From Octopus vulgaris (lineage: Eukaryota), in the NCBI GenBank assembly GCA_951406725.2, contig OX597825.1, positions 79,484,001 to 79,548,000 of the forward strand: DNA of 64,000 nt, read 5' to 3'. The notes beneath the pieces were generated by a model that saw only the letters and a list, made by a program, of their open reading frames with translations, did no database searches and was not told the origin of the DNA. A program made the position numbers and the translations under genes. Every line of letters begins with the position of its first letter. Within the stretch, counting starts at the first letter, position 1. Shown piece after piece: positions 1-12,765 of the stretch.

Positions 1-364
1 TTGTTTGTTTCCAATCTTTCCTAAAAAGCGATGCCCAGTACTGGAAAAGTATTATTTTGTCTAGGGTTGGTGGCAGGAAGGGCATCCAGTTGTGAAAAAT
101 CTACCCCAATGACCTCTGTCCGATCCATGCAGGCATGAGGCATGGAAAAGTGTATGTTAAAATGGTGATGATGTTTGTGAAAGAGTGGCAGAAATGGTAG
201 AGTGACATGCTGCCACGTGGACATAAGGACGTTCGTTCATTTGTTACTTTTTCCTTGTCTTGACATTGCCTGATAGTTGTAAGTGAGTGTCACTGTCGTA
301 CAAGCAGTGTCGTTCATTTCCAGTCTTCTGTGAAAACATCTTTGGCCTTGGGGAAATATTACCT

Positions 365-594
365 ATTTCTTTACTACCCACAAGGGGCTAAACACAGAGG
401 GGACAAACGAGGACAGACAAATGGATTAAGTCGATTACATCGACCCCAGTGCGTAACTGGTACTTAATTTATCAACCCTGAAAGGATGAATGGCAAAGTC
501 GACCTTGGCAGAATTTGAACTCAGAATGTAGCAGCAGACGAAATACAGCTACGCATTTCGCCTGGCATGCTAACATTTCTACCAACTCGCTGCC
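365..594 (-). mobile_element. tRNA-derived SINE family A (Meta-domain-like), inserted into an older RTE-tailed SINE
   Basis: Reverse complement of the family A consensus (GCCTTTCATCCTTTCGGGGTCGATAAATTAAGTACCAG core). 17-nt TSD ttggggaaatattacct at 348-364 and 595-611. Confidence 0.9.
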
Positions 595-716
595 TTGGGG
601 AAATATTACCTTGCTTAGAAACAGGTGAATGTTGGCAACAGGAAAGACATCCAGCTGTGAAAAATCTGCATCTGTAAACTTTGTTTGACCCATGCAAGTA
701 TGGAAAAGTGGCCATA

Positions 717-1118
717 GGCGCAGGAGTGGCTGTGTGGTAAGTAGCTTGCTTACCAACCACAAGGTTCTGGGTTCAGTCCCACTGCGTGGCACCTTGGGCA
801 AGTGTCTTTTACTATAGCCTTGGGCCGACCAAAGCCTTGTGAGTGGATTTCGTAGACGGAAACTGAAAAGAAGCCCTTTGTATATATGTATATATATATG
901 CGTGTGTGTGTGTTTGTCCCCCTAGCATTGCTTGACAACCGATGCTGGTGTGTTTATGTTTCCGTTACTTAGCAGTTCGGCAAAAGAGACCAATAGAATA
1001 AGTACTGGGCTTACAAAACGAATAAGTCCTGGGGTCGAGTTGCTCAATTAAAGGCGGTGCTCCAGCATGGCCGCAGTCAAATGACTGAAACAAGTAAAAG
1101 AGTAAAAGAGTAAAGAGT
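717..1118 (+). mobile_element. SINE family B (tRNA head, CORE-like, internal (TA/TG)n)
   Basis: ggcgcaggagtggctgtgtggtaag...ggttcagtccc...accttgggcaagtg...tgactgaaacaagtaaaagag. Other copies at 13500-13940(-), 58046-58240(-), 58670-58885(+), 62376-62635(+) and 63578-63965(+). Confidence 0.9.
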
Positions 1119-1196
1119 ATTAAAATGATGATGATGATGATGATAGAATAAAGTACACTCGTCCTGGCTGACATGTTACCATTTTTTACCTTGCAG

Positions 1197-1312
1197 GTTG
1201 CTGTGTTGATTGCCAATGCAGTTGCACATTTTTTGCAGCCTTCCTTCTATGACAGCATCATTCGGTTAAAAAGGCTGCCCTATCTGCCTGACCTCATCAA
1301 CACTAAACAAGA
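1197..1312 (+). CDS. CLCN2: ClC-2-like chloride channel, exon a (helices Q/R incl. central Tyr)
   Basis: ttgcag|GTT...GA|gtaagt. Translates [38 protein letters not shown], the CLC-1/2 signature LQPSxYDSIIxIKxLPYLP. Ends in phase 2. Upstream exons lie outside the window. Confidence 0.95.
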
Positions 1313-1598
1313 GTAAGTAGTTTCTTGAGTTTCACTATTTTACTTCCTCTCCGCTTTTTCCTTCTTCTTCAAAAAATTATTTCTTGGTTTTCAGTTATAG
1401 ATGTTTCCATGCCAAGTCTTGAAAATCGAATTTGAAACAAATTGGTTAGAATTCTGCTTAACCCTGTATTGAAATTCGTCAATAGTAGCATTGGCCTTTA
1501 GTCGTTAGAACTGAATTCGTAAAGTGATAGGACATAATTTGAAAACATAACTGTTTTACATAATAATGCCTGCATTATTATTATTTTTATTATTATTA

Positions 1599-1647
<49 letters not shown>

Positions 1648-1940
1648 TATTATTATTACCACCACTACTACTACTACTACTATTATTATTATTAAATGTG
1701 GCAAGCTTGCTCTTGTGGCAAATGAAAATTTCCTTACCGTTCCCTATTTTGAGGAACCTTCATTTGTCGACTCAAGAGAGAAGTGGTACAGCATGAATGA
1801 GCATTGAGGTTGGTAGAAACAACTGGCCAAGAGTCACAACCTCTGACTCAACGCAGCCCATGCTGTTGTGTGGGAGTTTTGTTGGCCACATTGGTGGGTG
1901 ACCCTAGGCAACTCTAGTGTCACAGCAAAAGGGGCCAAAA

Positions 1941-2148
1941 CTTGCCGAATCGTTAGCACACCGGGCGAAATGCTTAGCAGTATTTCGTCTGCTGCTACGT
2001 TCTGAGTTCAAATTGTGCCGAGGTCGACTTTGCCTTTCATCCTTTCAGGGTCGATAAATTAAGTACCAGTTACACACTGGAGTTGATGTAATCAACTTAA
2101 TCCCTTTGTCTGCCCTTGTTCGCCCCTTGTGGGCAATAAAGAAATAAG
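1941..2148 (+). mobile_element. SINE family A
   Basis: B-box GAGTTCAAATT plus the core domain. 12-nt TSD aaggggccaaaa at 1929-1940 and 2149-2160. Confidence 0.9.
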
Positions 2149-2312
2149 AAGGGGCCAAAATACCTATAGAGCTGTTTCATCTCTTAATGAGACATCAACT
2201 CTTTTATTTAGAAATGGAGTAAAGCAAAACCCTCAGTGCACAAGTGTTTACCCTAAAAATGTCTGTTGTGTTTTCTTTTATTTCTGTTTTTTTTTCTTTC
2301 TTCTTAATCTAG

Positions 2313-2446
2313 TGCCTGGACTGTATTTGTTGAAGATATCATGATAAAAGATATCAGTTATATCACATTTGTATCGACATATTACGATCTGCAGGAGTTG
2401 CTCACCAACTCATCCTTCAAATCCTACCCACTTGTGGATACTCCTG
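2313..2446 (+). CDS. CLCN2: ClC-2-like exon b (CBS1)
   Basis: Pyrimidine tract + ctag|T...CCTG|gtaagt. (D)AWTVFVEDIMIKDISYITFVSTYYDLQELLTNSSFKSYPLVDTP. Phase 2 in, phase 1 out, matching neighbours. Confidence 0.95.
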
Positions 2447-2646
2447 GTAAGTAACCAGACTTCTTTGTGTCGGTCCTTGGTTGGTTTGTGATGACTACAG
2501 CAACATCAGCATTGCTCTTATTCTAATAACACCAATCATGCACATACACACACACACACATAAAAACACATCAAAGTACACTGAAATTTGTGACCACTGT
2601 CCACTCATACGATAATATCAATACAAGCACTCGTATATGAATGCAT

Positions 2647-2930
2647 TGGACAGGGGCTGTGTGTTGTGTTCTTGAGCAAGACACTTTATTTCACGTTGCT
2701 CCAGTTCACTCAGCTGTAGAAATGAGTTGTGACATCACTGATGCCAAGCTGTATCGGCCCCTTTGCTTTTCCCTTGGATAACATTGGTGACACAGAGAGG
2801 AGGAGACTGGTATGCATCGGTGACTGCTGGACTTCCATAAATAACCTTGCCCAGATTTGTGCTTCGGAGGGGAACTTTCTAGGTGCAATTCTATGGGTAT
2901 TCATGGCTGAAGGGGGTCTTTACCCATTAA
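2647..2930 (+). mobile_element. SINE family E (5'-truncated)
   Basis: cttgagcaagacactttatttcacgttgctccagttcactcagctgtagaaatgag is shared with 35896-36070(+) and 58343-58522(-). Confidence 0.8.
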
Positions 2931-2949
2931 ACCTTTTTACACAGATAGA

Positions 2950-3390
2950 TGCAGGCATGGTTGTGTGGTTGTAAAGCTTGCGTCCCAACCATGTGGTCTT
3001 GGGTTCAGTTCCACTGCTTGACACCTTGGGCAAGTGTCTTCTACTATAACTCCAGGCCAGCCAAAGCCTTGTGAGTGGATTTGGTAGGCGGAAACTGTGT
3101 GGATTCCTGTTGTGTGTACATATGTATGTATGTGTGTGTTTGTGTGGTTCCTTGTTTGTCTTGACATCATGTGATAGTTGTAAAAGAGCATCACCCTCAT
3201 ACAAGTGGTGTTGTTTGTTTTCTGTCTTCCATGGATAATATGTCTGGCCATGGGTGAAATATTACCTTGCTTGGAAATGGGTGAGGGTTTGTAACAGGAA
3301 AGGCATCCAGCTATAGAAAATCTGCCTCAGTAAACTTAGTCTGACCCCTGCAAGCATGGAAAAGTGGACCTTAAAACGATGATGACGATG
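2950..3390 (+). mobile_element. SINE with family-B head and RTE-like (GAT)n tail
   Basis: Tail ggcatccagc..gaaaa..gcatggaaaagtggac.ttaaa.gatgatga. Similar tails at 4720-5020, 8380-8670, 12056-12210, 18585-18870 and 43710-44280. Confidence 0.8.
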
Positions 3391-3462
3391 AGAAACAAAA
3401 TATCTGTTATGCCTTTAAAAAGAAAATCTCATTTAATTTCATTAAATTTTTTTTTTTTGCAG

Positions 3463-3794
3463 AATCAATGATTCTTCTTGGTTCCATTCAACGATTTGAG
3501 TTGGAACGGTTGCTATGGTTACATCTAAGCAGCAACCAGACTTTGCTGAATGATCGGAAACCATCGTCGCACACGCTCTCCCCTCCACCGTCTCCAGGGA
3601 GGTTCAGAAAAACATCCTCACCGTCAATCGTTCGCAAGAATTCCTCACCAAAGTTGCCTCAGCCAATACCACGGTTCGTGGTGACCAAAGTAGATGAGAC
3701 CGGAACTGAGTTCGATGGGAATCTTGATGAACAGGACACGATTCCAGCAGAACCGGAACGGAAGGAAATGAAACAGAAGCTGCACCATAGTTTA
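3463..3794 (+). CDS. CLCN2: ClC-2-like exon c (end of CBS1 + start of inter-CBS linker)
   Basis: tttgcag|AA...TTA|gtaagt. (E)SMILLGSIQRFELERLL...SPPPSPGRFRKTSSP...PRFVVTKVDE...KLHHSL. ESMILLGSI is a ClC-2 hallmark. Overlaps ORF 3468..3845. Confidence 0.93.
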
Positions 3795-3967
3795 GTAAGT
3801 TGTGCAAGAATTTCATCATACCTATCTGTATTTATGTACCTGTGATAGGTGTGTGTGTGTGTGTGTGTACGTGTGTGTGTAAAGCACACATACACATATT
3901 GACATATATAATACATGCACTAACATATACATATTTACATGTGTGTGTGTATACATGTATGTATATA

Positions 3968-4015
<48 letters not shown>

Positions 4016-4115
4016 CCTGCTCGCTTAGCCAGCAGGGTGGCGTCATTCGAAGGCTAAAACAATGCGAACGCATTGTGACCAGCGATTTGTAACAACATCT
4101 GATGGTCTGGTCGGT

Positions 4116-4167
<52 letters not shown>

Positions 4168-4297
4168 TCCCAGCCTTCAAACTCTGATCAAAATGTCCAA
4201 CCCATGGACAGCAGATGTTAAACCATGATGATGATGATATACATACATACATACACACACATACACATATCAAGATATATATATATATATGTGTGTA

Positions 4298-4470
4298 TAA
4301 AATACAAAATGGGACAAGGACGCAAAATATCCAGACAACTAGGTGATACAAAAAAGGACAACGAAACATCCAGATAGACGATACAAAAAAACAAGGACGG
4401 GTCATTCAAAGCTTTCTCTCCTCGACTAGTTGTCCGGATGTTTTGCGTTGTTGTCCCATTTTGTATTTTA
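4298..4470. repeat. 45-bp inverted repeat element within TA/TG microsatellite
   Basis: 4298-4342 is the reverse complement of 4426-4470 with 4 differences. Confidence 0.85.
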
Positions 4471-5657
4471 TACATATACATATATATATATAGTGGCATA
4501 CATACCCTTTGTTCTCTTATATGTAAGATATATAAATACATACATACAAGCATACATATATGTGTGTATGTATATGCACATATCACCATATATGAATGTA
4601 TGCACACACACACACACACGTGTATAGGTGCATGCAATGTTAAAACTGAGTTCAACAAAGTGCTTTCTGTGTGTGTGTGTGTGTGTGTGTATATATAATG
4701 ATGACAGGTAGGTGAGGGTGCATGGCCCAGTGTTTAGGTGCTGCCCTCATGATTGTGGGATGATGGTTTTAATTCCTAGGCTAAGTGTTGCATTCTGTTC
4801 TTGTGCATTGCCAGAACTGCCCGACTGGTTCTCATGCCGGTGGCACGTAAAAGCACCCACAACACTCATGGAGTGGTTGGCATTAGGAAGGGCATCCAGC
4901 TGTAGAAACTCTGCCTGATTAGATTGGAGCCTGGTGCAGCCATCTTGTTCGCCAGTCCCCAGTCAAATCGTCCAACCCATGCCAGCATGGAAAGCGGATG
5001 TTAAACGATGATGATGATGAGGAGGAGGAGGAGGATTGCACTGCGATGTCAACATCTGACATGTGGTACACTGTTCCCTATACAAAAAATGTTGATTTGA
5101 TGGAAGGAGTACTGTACAGGCACTGTGTGTGTGTGTGTGTGTGTGTGTGTGATAAATGAAAAGGGATCCAGGAATTCCGATGGTTACCTCAAGCAGCATT
5201 CCTGTCTGTCCAGTTGTTTAGGAAGGAGAATTTCTTCAGTAGAAACATTAGTTCCACACAAACAGAAAATCTGGATGGTTAACATCAGTCATGAACTATA
5301 AATAACAACTGAAGACTGAAAGTGTTGGTATTACATTTATATCATAAATAATATGTGACAACTCCATTCTTCATGTTGTATTTAGATAGAGATAATTATA
5401 GCCGGTCGATGGGATTACCATGGGTTTCACATCCATAAAGTGCTTAGCTTTGCAACGTCTCTTACATTTTTACAGTGTAAAGGCTAAGCACTTTTTGGGT
5501 CACCAAGAGCTGCAGTTAAGTTCTGATCTTATAAGCACATGCATGCACATATACACCTGGGCAGATAAACTGAAATGATTAAAATATATGAAAGTTGTAG
5601 CTGTGAAAATGAATTATGAGAATGACGATCGCATTCGTTATATGTTCTGTGTGTAAA

Positions 5658-5714
<57 letters not shown>

Positions 5715-5977
5715 GCATGTTTGAGAAATCAATACCAGTAACGAATTCAATTAGCTCTGTTGATTGGTTGGAATTTCTGCTGCAAAGAGTTCTAATATTT
5801 TTTCTATTATTGTCCATCATTTGTTACCAACATATTACCATATATGCTATACATACATATATACGCACACATATACATATATACGCTATATATACTAGTG
5901 TCTCACCGATTTCAGCCCTCATCTGGAAATTATGTACGTAACCTTGTTCTATTATATCATTTTTATCATATATATAT

Positions 5978-6020
<43 letters not shown>

Positions 6021-6040
6021 GCTTATATATATATATAAAT

Positions 6041-6107
<67 letters not shown>

Positions 6108-6131
6108 TAAATATATATATATATATATAAA

Positions 6132-6214
<83 letters not shown>

Positions 6215-7158
6215 AGATAGATATTTCTCTCTGTTGACGATTTACTTTTCTCTTTTAAGATTTTACCTTTCTTTGGAAATTTACTTTGAGGCTTTATTGC
6301 TTCTTTGGGTTTATGCTTTCTTATTGCTAATTTTCTTAAGATGGGGCTTTGCTGTTTTTTTTTTTTTTTTCAGGTGTTGCTTTCTCATTGCCATTCTTTT
6401 CTCTTTAAGATGGGGTTTCACTTTTCTTTTAAGAATTTTTTTTCTTGTTGCTAATCTTTTGTATATAGTTTCAAGTTCTTCACTATTCTCATTATGGTGT
6501 TACCTTTTTTTTTCGTTGCTTGTCTTATGTCTTTGGGGGAAACAAAAGAGCACATAATTGGCCATCTCCTGGCTTTTAGAATAATTTGGTGTAATTTTCT
6601 GCAAAGTGTCAGGACGGGCATCTGGTTGTAAAAAAAAAAGGAAAAAAACTGGACAAAATCTCATCCGGTCCCTGCATGAAAAATGCAGATGTAACAATGA
6701 TGATGATGATAATGATGGTGGTGGTGTTTGCTGCTGCCACTACCATTACCATACATGTTTCAGGGAGTGAAGTTACAAGTGAAAATGTTGTTTACTTGTA
6801 AACAAGGATGAAGGAAATGACCAGTTTCCGAAAAACTACATTCTTTCATTCAAATCTTCTTTCATTCAGTTTTCTTTAATTTAGAAAATTTTTTTTCTTG
6901 AAGAACGTTTTTCATTGAGAATTTCATTTGTGCAGAACTTCATTCATACAGAGTTTCCTTCAGTTGAATGAAAACCACCGCCACCACCACCAACAACAAC
7001 AACAAAAATATGTAAAAATTCTCGGAATAATTATGCTAATGGTAATTGGTAATATTATATATCCAGGTTACTACAGGAATACATCCAGTTCTTTATTTCA
7101 ACACATGCACACACACACATACACACACATGGTTCACATTTACATACACATCCACAAT

Positions 7159-7197
<39 letters not shown>

Positions 7198-10030
7198 AGA
7201 AGAAGAAGAGTGTGTGTGTGTGAAACTTGGTGTGTGCATCAAAGAGAGAAAGACTATCTGTGAAAGCTCTTGAAGTACCAGATGTACCATTAACATGTAG
7301 TTAATCGGCCTGCCAGAAATAGCAGCCAAATATCACTTAAAGCAAACCTTGCTACAATAAAAAGAAAGGACTCGGTGGATTGGGTACATAGGAACAAAAT
7401 GGGACTGTCATAAGTGGGGCACCTTTGCTTGTTGGTTTCTCCAATCTGAGCAGATGTGTGATTAAACAACAACAAATCTGGGAGACCTGTTTTGCTGTGA
7501 AATTTTTCTCAGTTCCACCCACCACGGCAATACAACAGATTCTGTTTTGTTTTCTGTTGGAAACAGACAAGTTTTGAGATTGAAGTAACTTTCCTATCAT
7601 GACTTAGTTAAAGAAGGAGTGGATAGCACTGATAACATGTTTTTAAAAAATCAGACCCCTTTAAAACAAGGTGTTTGTATCATAGAGCCAGGGGTTGTCT
7701 CAGTTATCATAAAGATTAACCTGTTCAGCTATGTCGGTCTGCAGTTGTGGCTTTTATATATTATTCGTTAAAGGAGTAAATAATGAGTTGTCGTCAGTGT
7801 TAACTTGTGTTCGAGTAGCAGATCTATAACCAATGTCAGGTGTCTTGGGGAAATTTTGAACCTGGATTCTCATTCTTAGGTTATTTTTCGATGTTATTAT
7901 AATTATTATTATTATTGTTATTGTTCAGGTCACTGCTTGGAATCGAACTCAGAATCTTGAGGTTAGTAGTACATGCTCTTAACCACTACACCATATGCCT
8001 GTGGGCATATAGCGTAAATAATGTAAATAATTCCTCATCTCTTAAATCTAGAACATGTAATTCCTGTTGTTTCAAATGAGAATTTGTTAGAATCTTAATA
8101 TTTTTTCCTTCCAATGAATCTCCATGTGAATGTGAATTTTATTTTCTTGTTCAGAAGAAAAAACGGAAAACCCCAGTCACGTGTTGTGAAGAGATAGACG
8201 AGGTATCTATACAAGCACACGATCACTGTCAGCACATATATACACATACAGTCCACTATGTATGCACATATACACACATACACACATATGTACTTGCACA
8301 TGCCCGTATGCATACAGTTACATACACAACCACATGTATGTGTATACGATGATGATTATTATTGATGATGGTGACGGGTTCCTTGTTGCCAGCCTCGCCT
8401 GGCCCCGTGCCGGTGACACGTAAAAGCACCGTCTGTTCGTGGCCGTTTGCCAGCTCTGTCTGGCACCTGTGCAGGTGGCACGTAAAAAACACCCACTACA
8501 CTCGCGGAGTGGTTGGTGTTAGGAAGGGCATCCAGCCGTAGAAACACTGCCAGATCTGACTGGGCCTGACGAAGCCTTCCCGCTTCACAGACCCCAGTTG
8601 ACCCGTCCAACCCATGCTAGCATGGAAAGCGGACGGTAAATGATGATGATGATAATGATGATGATGACAGTCCATATCCAGTTGTTTAATCAACTGAACT
8701 TATTAAATTAACATTAAGGTGACTGAGTATTCCACAGACATGTATCTTTAAACAGGCCACATCAGTGTAACTCAATATGTGGAAAAGCTGGTCTGTTGAA
8801 TTACTGGTTATACTCTGTCTAACAAACAACTACTTGCACACACACACACACACTTATAGATCAGTGCTCACCAGTTATTTAGTCCTGCCTCTATCTACAA
8901 AAATGTCTAGATATATCACACTTCCTTTAAGCAATACCAGTAATTTTCCCTGTCCACCTCCCAGTTGTCATTTCTCACTTTTCTGCAGTTTTTAGTCGCT
9001 CCTCTTTTGGTTGTTGTTATTTTCCTATTAAAATGTTTTTTCTTCTTTCTCACTGAATCATCTTGACTCTGACTTTGTAACCTTTGACCTGGAATTTATA
9101 ATTTTTTTATTTCTCTCTTCCCTGTTAATTCTTCAATCTGTTTCTGGAAAATTAAGGAATTGGAAGGAATCAACTCAATAGAATGAAAGTTCTGTACATG
9201 TAAAGGCAGTCAGTTTGTGGTACCAATCCAAAGTTTATCTTTCAGCTCTTTGATGTCTGAATAACAAGTACCAGTAATACACTGAGGAATTTTCTTTTAT
9301 GTTCAACTATATCCCAGTTCTTCAAACATTGATAAAAAGAAACAACAACGTGAAGAATGCTGTCCTGGAAGCACTACACCTGAGAAAGAGCTGGAATGGT
9401 CATGATTGGAATGTCTCTGATCATGGGTCTACTCAGTCAGGGCTGACTTGGGGCTAAACAACAGCAACACAATAGGACAAATTTTTCAGATTAGCTGAAC
9501 ATCTTTTGCCTTTTATCTTTTACTTGTTTCAGTCTTTAGACTGTGGCCATGCTGGGGCACCATCTCAAAGAACCTTAGTCGAATATTTTTTTAAAGCCTG
9601 GTATTTATTCTGTTAGTTTCATTTGCAGAACCACCAAATACTTCTTAACCAACAAACAGGCCATCATTCAAATACTAGATTTTCATCCACATGGTTGAAG
9701 GTTCAAATCTTATTGAACTGCATCTGTAAGGACAACTACATCACTCTCCTTGTTTCAGTTTGATTGTACCTATGATTATGGGACTTATAATGTTGTTGTT
9801 GTTGCTGTTGAGTCCTAAACTACAATTTATTTTTTAAATATCAAAACATTAAAAGAAGTAAATGGATTTCTAAAATGAGGGCTTATGAAGTAAATCTCTT
9901 AAAATTGAAACAATGGACTTGAATACTGGCACTGCATTGGTTATAATAACAAGCATTCCAGTTGATCCGATCAACAGAATAGCTTGCTCATAAAATTAAC
10001 ATGCGACTGACTGAGCACATGTCCCCTCAA

Positions 10031-10258
10031 CCCTTTCGTTACTGTATTTATTTTGAGATGCTCTGTGTTTCTTTCAATTACTTTAAATATAACAATGAAT
10101 TTAGTAAAATAACTTAGTTATCATTAAGTTAGTGTTAGGAACATAAATTGTGACTAAGGTTTGGTGGAAGATTTTAATTAAAAACTTATGAAAACAAGAC
10201 ATTTGTACTACAGAGCCAGAACTGGTTTCAGCCGGGTTGGTAATGTTAATGTAAAGGG
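10031..10258. mobile_element. piggyBac-type MITE (same family) nested in a minus-strand SINE (~9950-10470)
   Basis: Closely matches 27454-27674, and the host SINE resumes after ttaa. Older relatives at ~11250-11468, 23880-24090 and 26765-26990. A second family at ~20800-21022 and 41273-41500. Confidence 0.8.
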
Positions 10259-12765
10259 TTAATGTAGTTCTCAGGGAGATTCAGTGTCACATGAAATGTG
10301 ACAAGGCTGGTCCTTTGAAAAACAGTTACTACTTATTTTTGCCAACTGAGTGGCCAGGATCAATGTGAAATAAAGTGTGTCAATCAAGGACACAACATGC
10401 CACCAGGAATTGAACTTATGACCTTATGATCATGAGCCGAATACCCTTAAGACAAAGCCATGTGCATTCCCTACAGCAGACTTATTAGGTTCATAGTTCA
10501 CAACAAGTGTTTTTAATCTTTCAGTATAGTTGCTTTATTTTTGTCTCTTTAAAGGAATTTGGCACCTTGGGTGCCTTTAGCAGAGAACCCTCTGTTGCAA
10601 GCATTTGGGCCAGTTCTCTGTTTTAAGGATACTTTCCTCTCTCCCTGCCACTAGTCTCAGAGGCCCCATAGAGGGCCATGGATACTGCCTTCTCTCCTGA
10701 TTTAAAAATGATGGAGGAAAAAAAAAACTGGTCTTCCCTTTTTTAAGCTGGCAAAAATTATTTTGACTGTACCTGAGAGTAAATTGTTGGTTGGTGAGTT
10801 GCCATCAGTGAATTTTCTGGACAAGGTCAATGGTTACGACAATCAACCTTTGGACTCAGTTGCTTCAAATTTTCCTATAATTGTTCAAATTTTTTAAAAG
10901 CATCTCACCAATTTAGCCTGAAAAATAGGACATGAAATTTGTTAAAAATATAAAAAAGAAGTAAAAGGGAAAATGTCCAAGTAAATGATACAATTATTAT
11001 TATTGTTGCTGTTTTGTGTTTAACCCCAGATCAGACCTTATACAGCAGTCAGATCTGTGATCAAAAATGTTCAAGCAGTGACCATCCTGTATAATTCTAT
11101 ATCTGAAGCTTTTTCCTTTGACCAACATCTCCATTTACTTTATTTTATTTTATTTTATTTTTTAGATGGTAGAATGTGATTTGAGGAATATTTGTCTGCT
11201 ATTTCTAGCAGGTTCAGTGACTGTATAGAAAGTGTCCTTTGCTGGTTTAACCCTCTTGTTACCATATTTCCAATGAAATTACTCTAGCTTTGTCTCAGTT
11301 ACTTTTGAAGATAATGAAGAATTTAGAAAAAATACTTTCCCTTCAGCAATCGGATATTTGGAACATTAATTACCATAAAATCCTGATGAATGGTTTTGAT
11401 TATGTATCGCTCTAACACAGGAAGTTTGTATCAGTGGTAGTCTCTAGTGCATTGGTATCAAAAGGGGTTTTATTTTTGTAGATATGAAGGCTTGAATGTA
11501 ATTCTCCATAATTCACCAAATTACGTCCCTTTTTAAGACAAATCTTTCATAGAATTTACACATTTTTGCTTTCTTGTTGTTTTCTACTGCCATGACTATT
11601 TAGAAAAAAAAATTTACATTATGTCTACTTTTGCAAAACCAGGAAGAATATATTTGCTGGGTTTGTGGTGGAGTTTGAGACTCTTGAACTGCATTTCAGA
11701 ACTTAAAGCCGAAGATTCCTTTCAGATCAAGAATTAACTCAGTGCATGGAAGCACCACTCTGTTCTCAGTTATATGTATCAATGTGTGTATACATACTGT
11801 ATTTTCTGTAATTAACTTACTCCTCCCACAACATTGCTGGCCTTGTTCCAAAATCTGAAATCAGTATTAGCTTTGATATGAATCAGATAAAACTGCTTTT
11901 GATAAAATATATACTTCTCTGATGACTGAATAATAATCCCATTTGTAACGAGCATTCACACCTGTTGTTGTTGAACCTCATAGTTAGTGTACACCCACCT
12001 CACTCTCTAAATTTGTCTGTCTGTCTGTCTCTAAATGTTTGTAATTTAATGTAATGGAGTGGTTGGCATTAGGAAGGGCATCCAGCCGTAGAAACTCTGC
12101 CAGATCAGATTGGAGTCTGGTGTAGCCATCTGGTTTACCAGACCTCAGTCAAAATGTCCAACCCATGCTAGCATGGAAAGCGGACGTTAAACGATGATGA
12201 TGATGATGATGTACATATAATTGAATGATACTCTTATATTTATAAATCCTAGCATACTGACCTGAACTTTAAATAAAGCGATCAAAGAAGACACTTTATT
12301 GTAATTAAATAGTCCTGTCTTAGTCTATAATGAAGTTGACCTGCTGAGTTGTCTTATAAGGGATAGTTATTTACTCTGCCCTGTTTTGTTTTTAAAATGG
12401 CAAGGTATAACTTTCAGGGAAATTTGGCTGCTATTTTTAGTAGGTTGAATACTCAATAGAGTAACTTACTAATTTCTAATAACACTTGTGGATGGTCAAG
12501 TATACATACCGTGTGTGTGTGTGCGTGTGTGTGTGTGTGTGTGCTGGGTTGTGTGGTAAATACATGATTACAGCCTGTCTGAATAATTTCTTTCAATCAT
12601 TGAACTGTGGCCATGCTGGGGTACCAACCTTTGGAGTACACTTAATTATATTGACATCTGTATTTATTTATTTATTTTACTAACCTCAGATAGATAAAAG
12701 GCAAAGTGAACTTCAGGGAGATTTAGACATGGAGGCCATATATGTGCATGTATCTACTTTATATA

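Noticed and set aside
472-938. Recurrent peptides such as PKVPRSGTEP and NWYLIYRPRKDERQSRP in many ORFs
   Set aside because: Antisense translations of SINE families A and B, not a protein family.
5897-5930. Hammerhead-like cAGAUGAG..GAAAUCGGUG on the minus strand
   Set aside because: Core U4 and the cleavage triplet are altered and stems I/II are missing. At most a dead remnant.
7927-7998. tRNA-like sequences (also 13970-14035 and SINE heads)
   Set aside because: A/B boxes are present but there is no intact cloverleaf. These are SINE heads, not tRNA genes.
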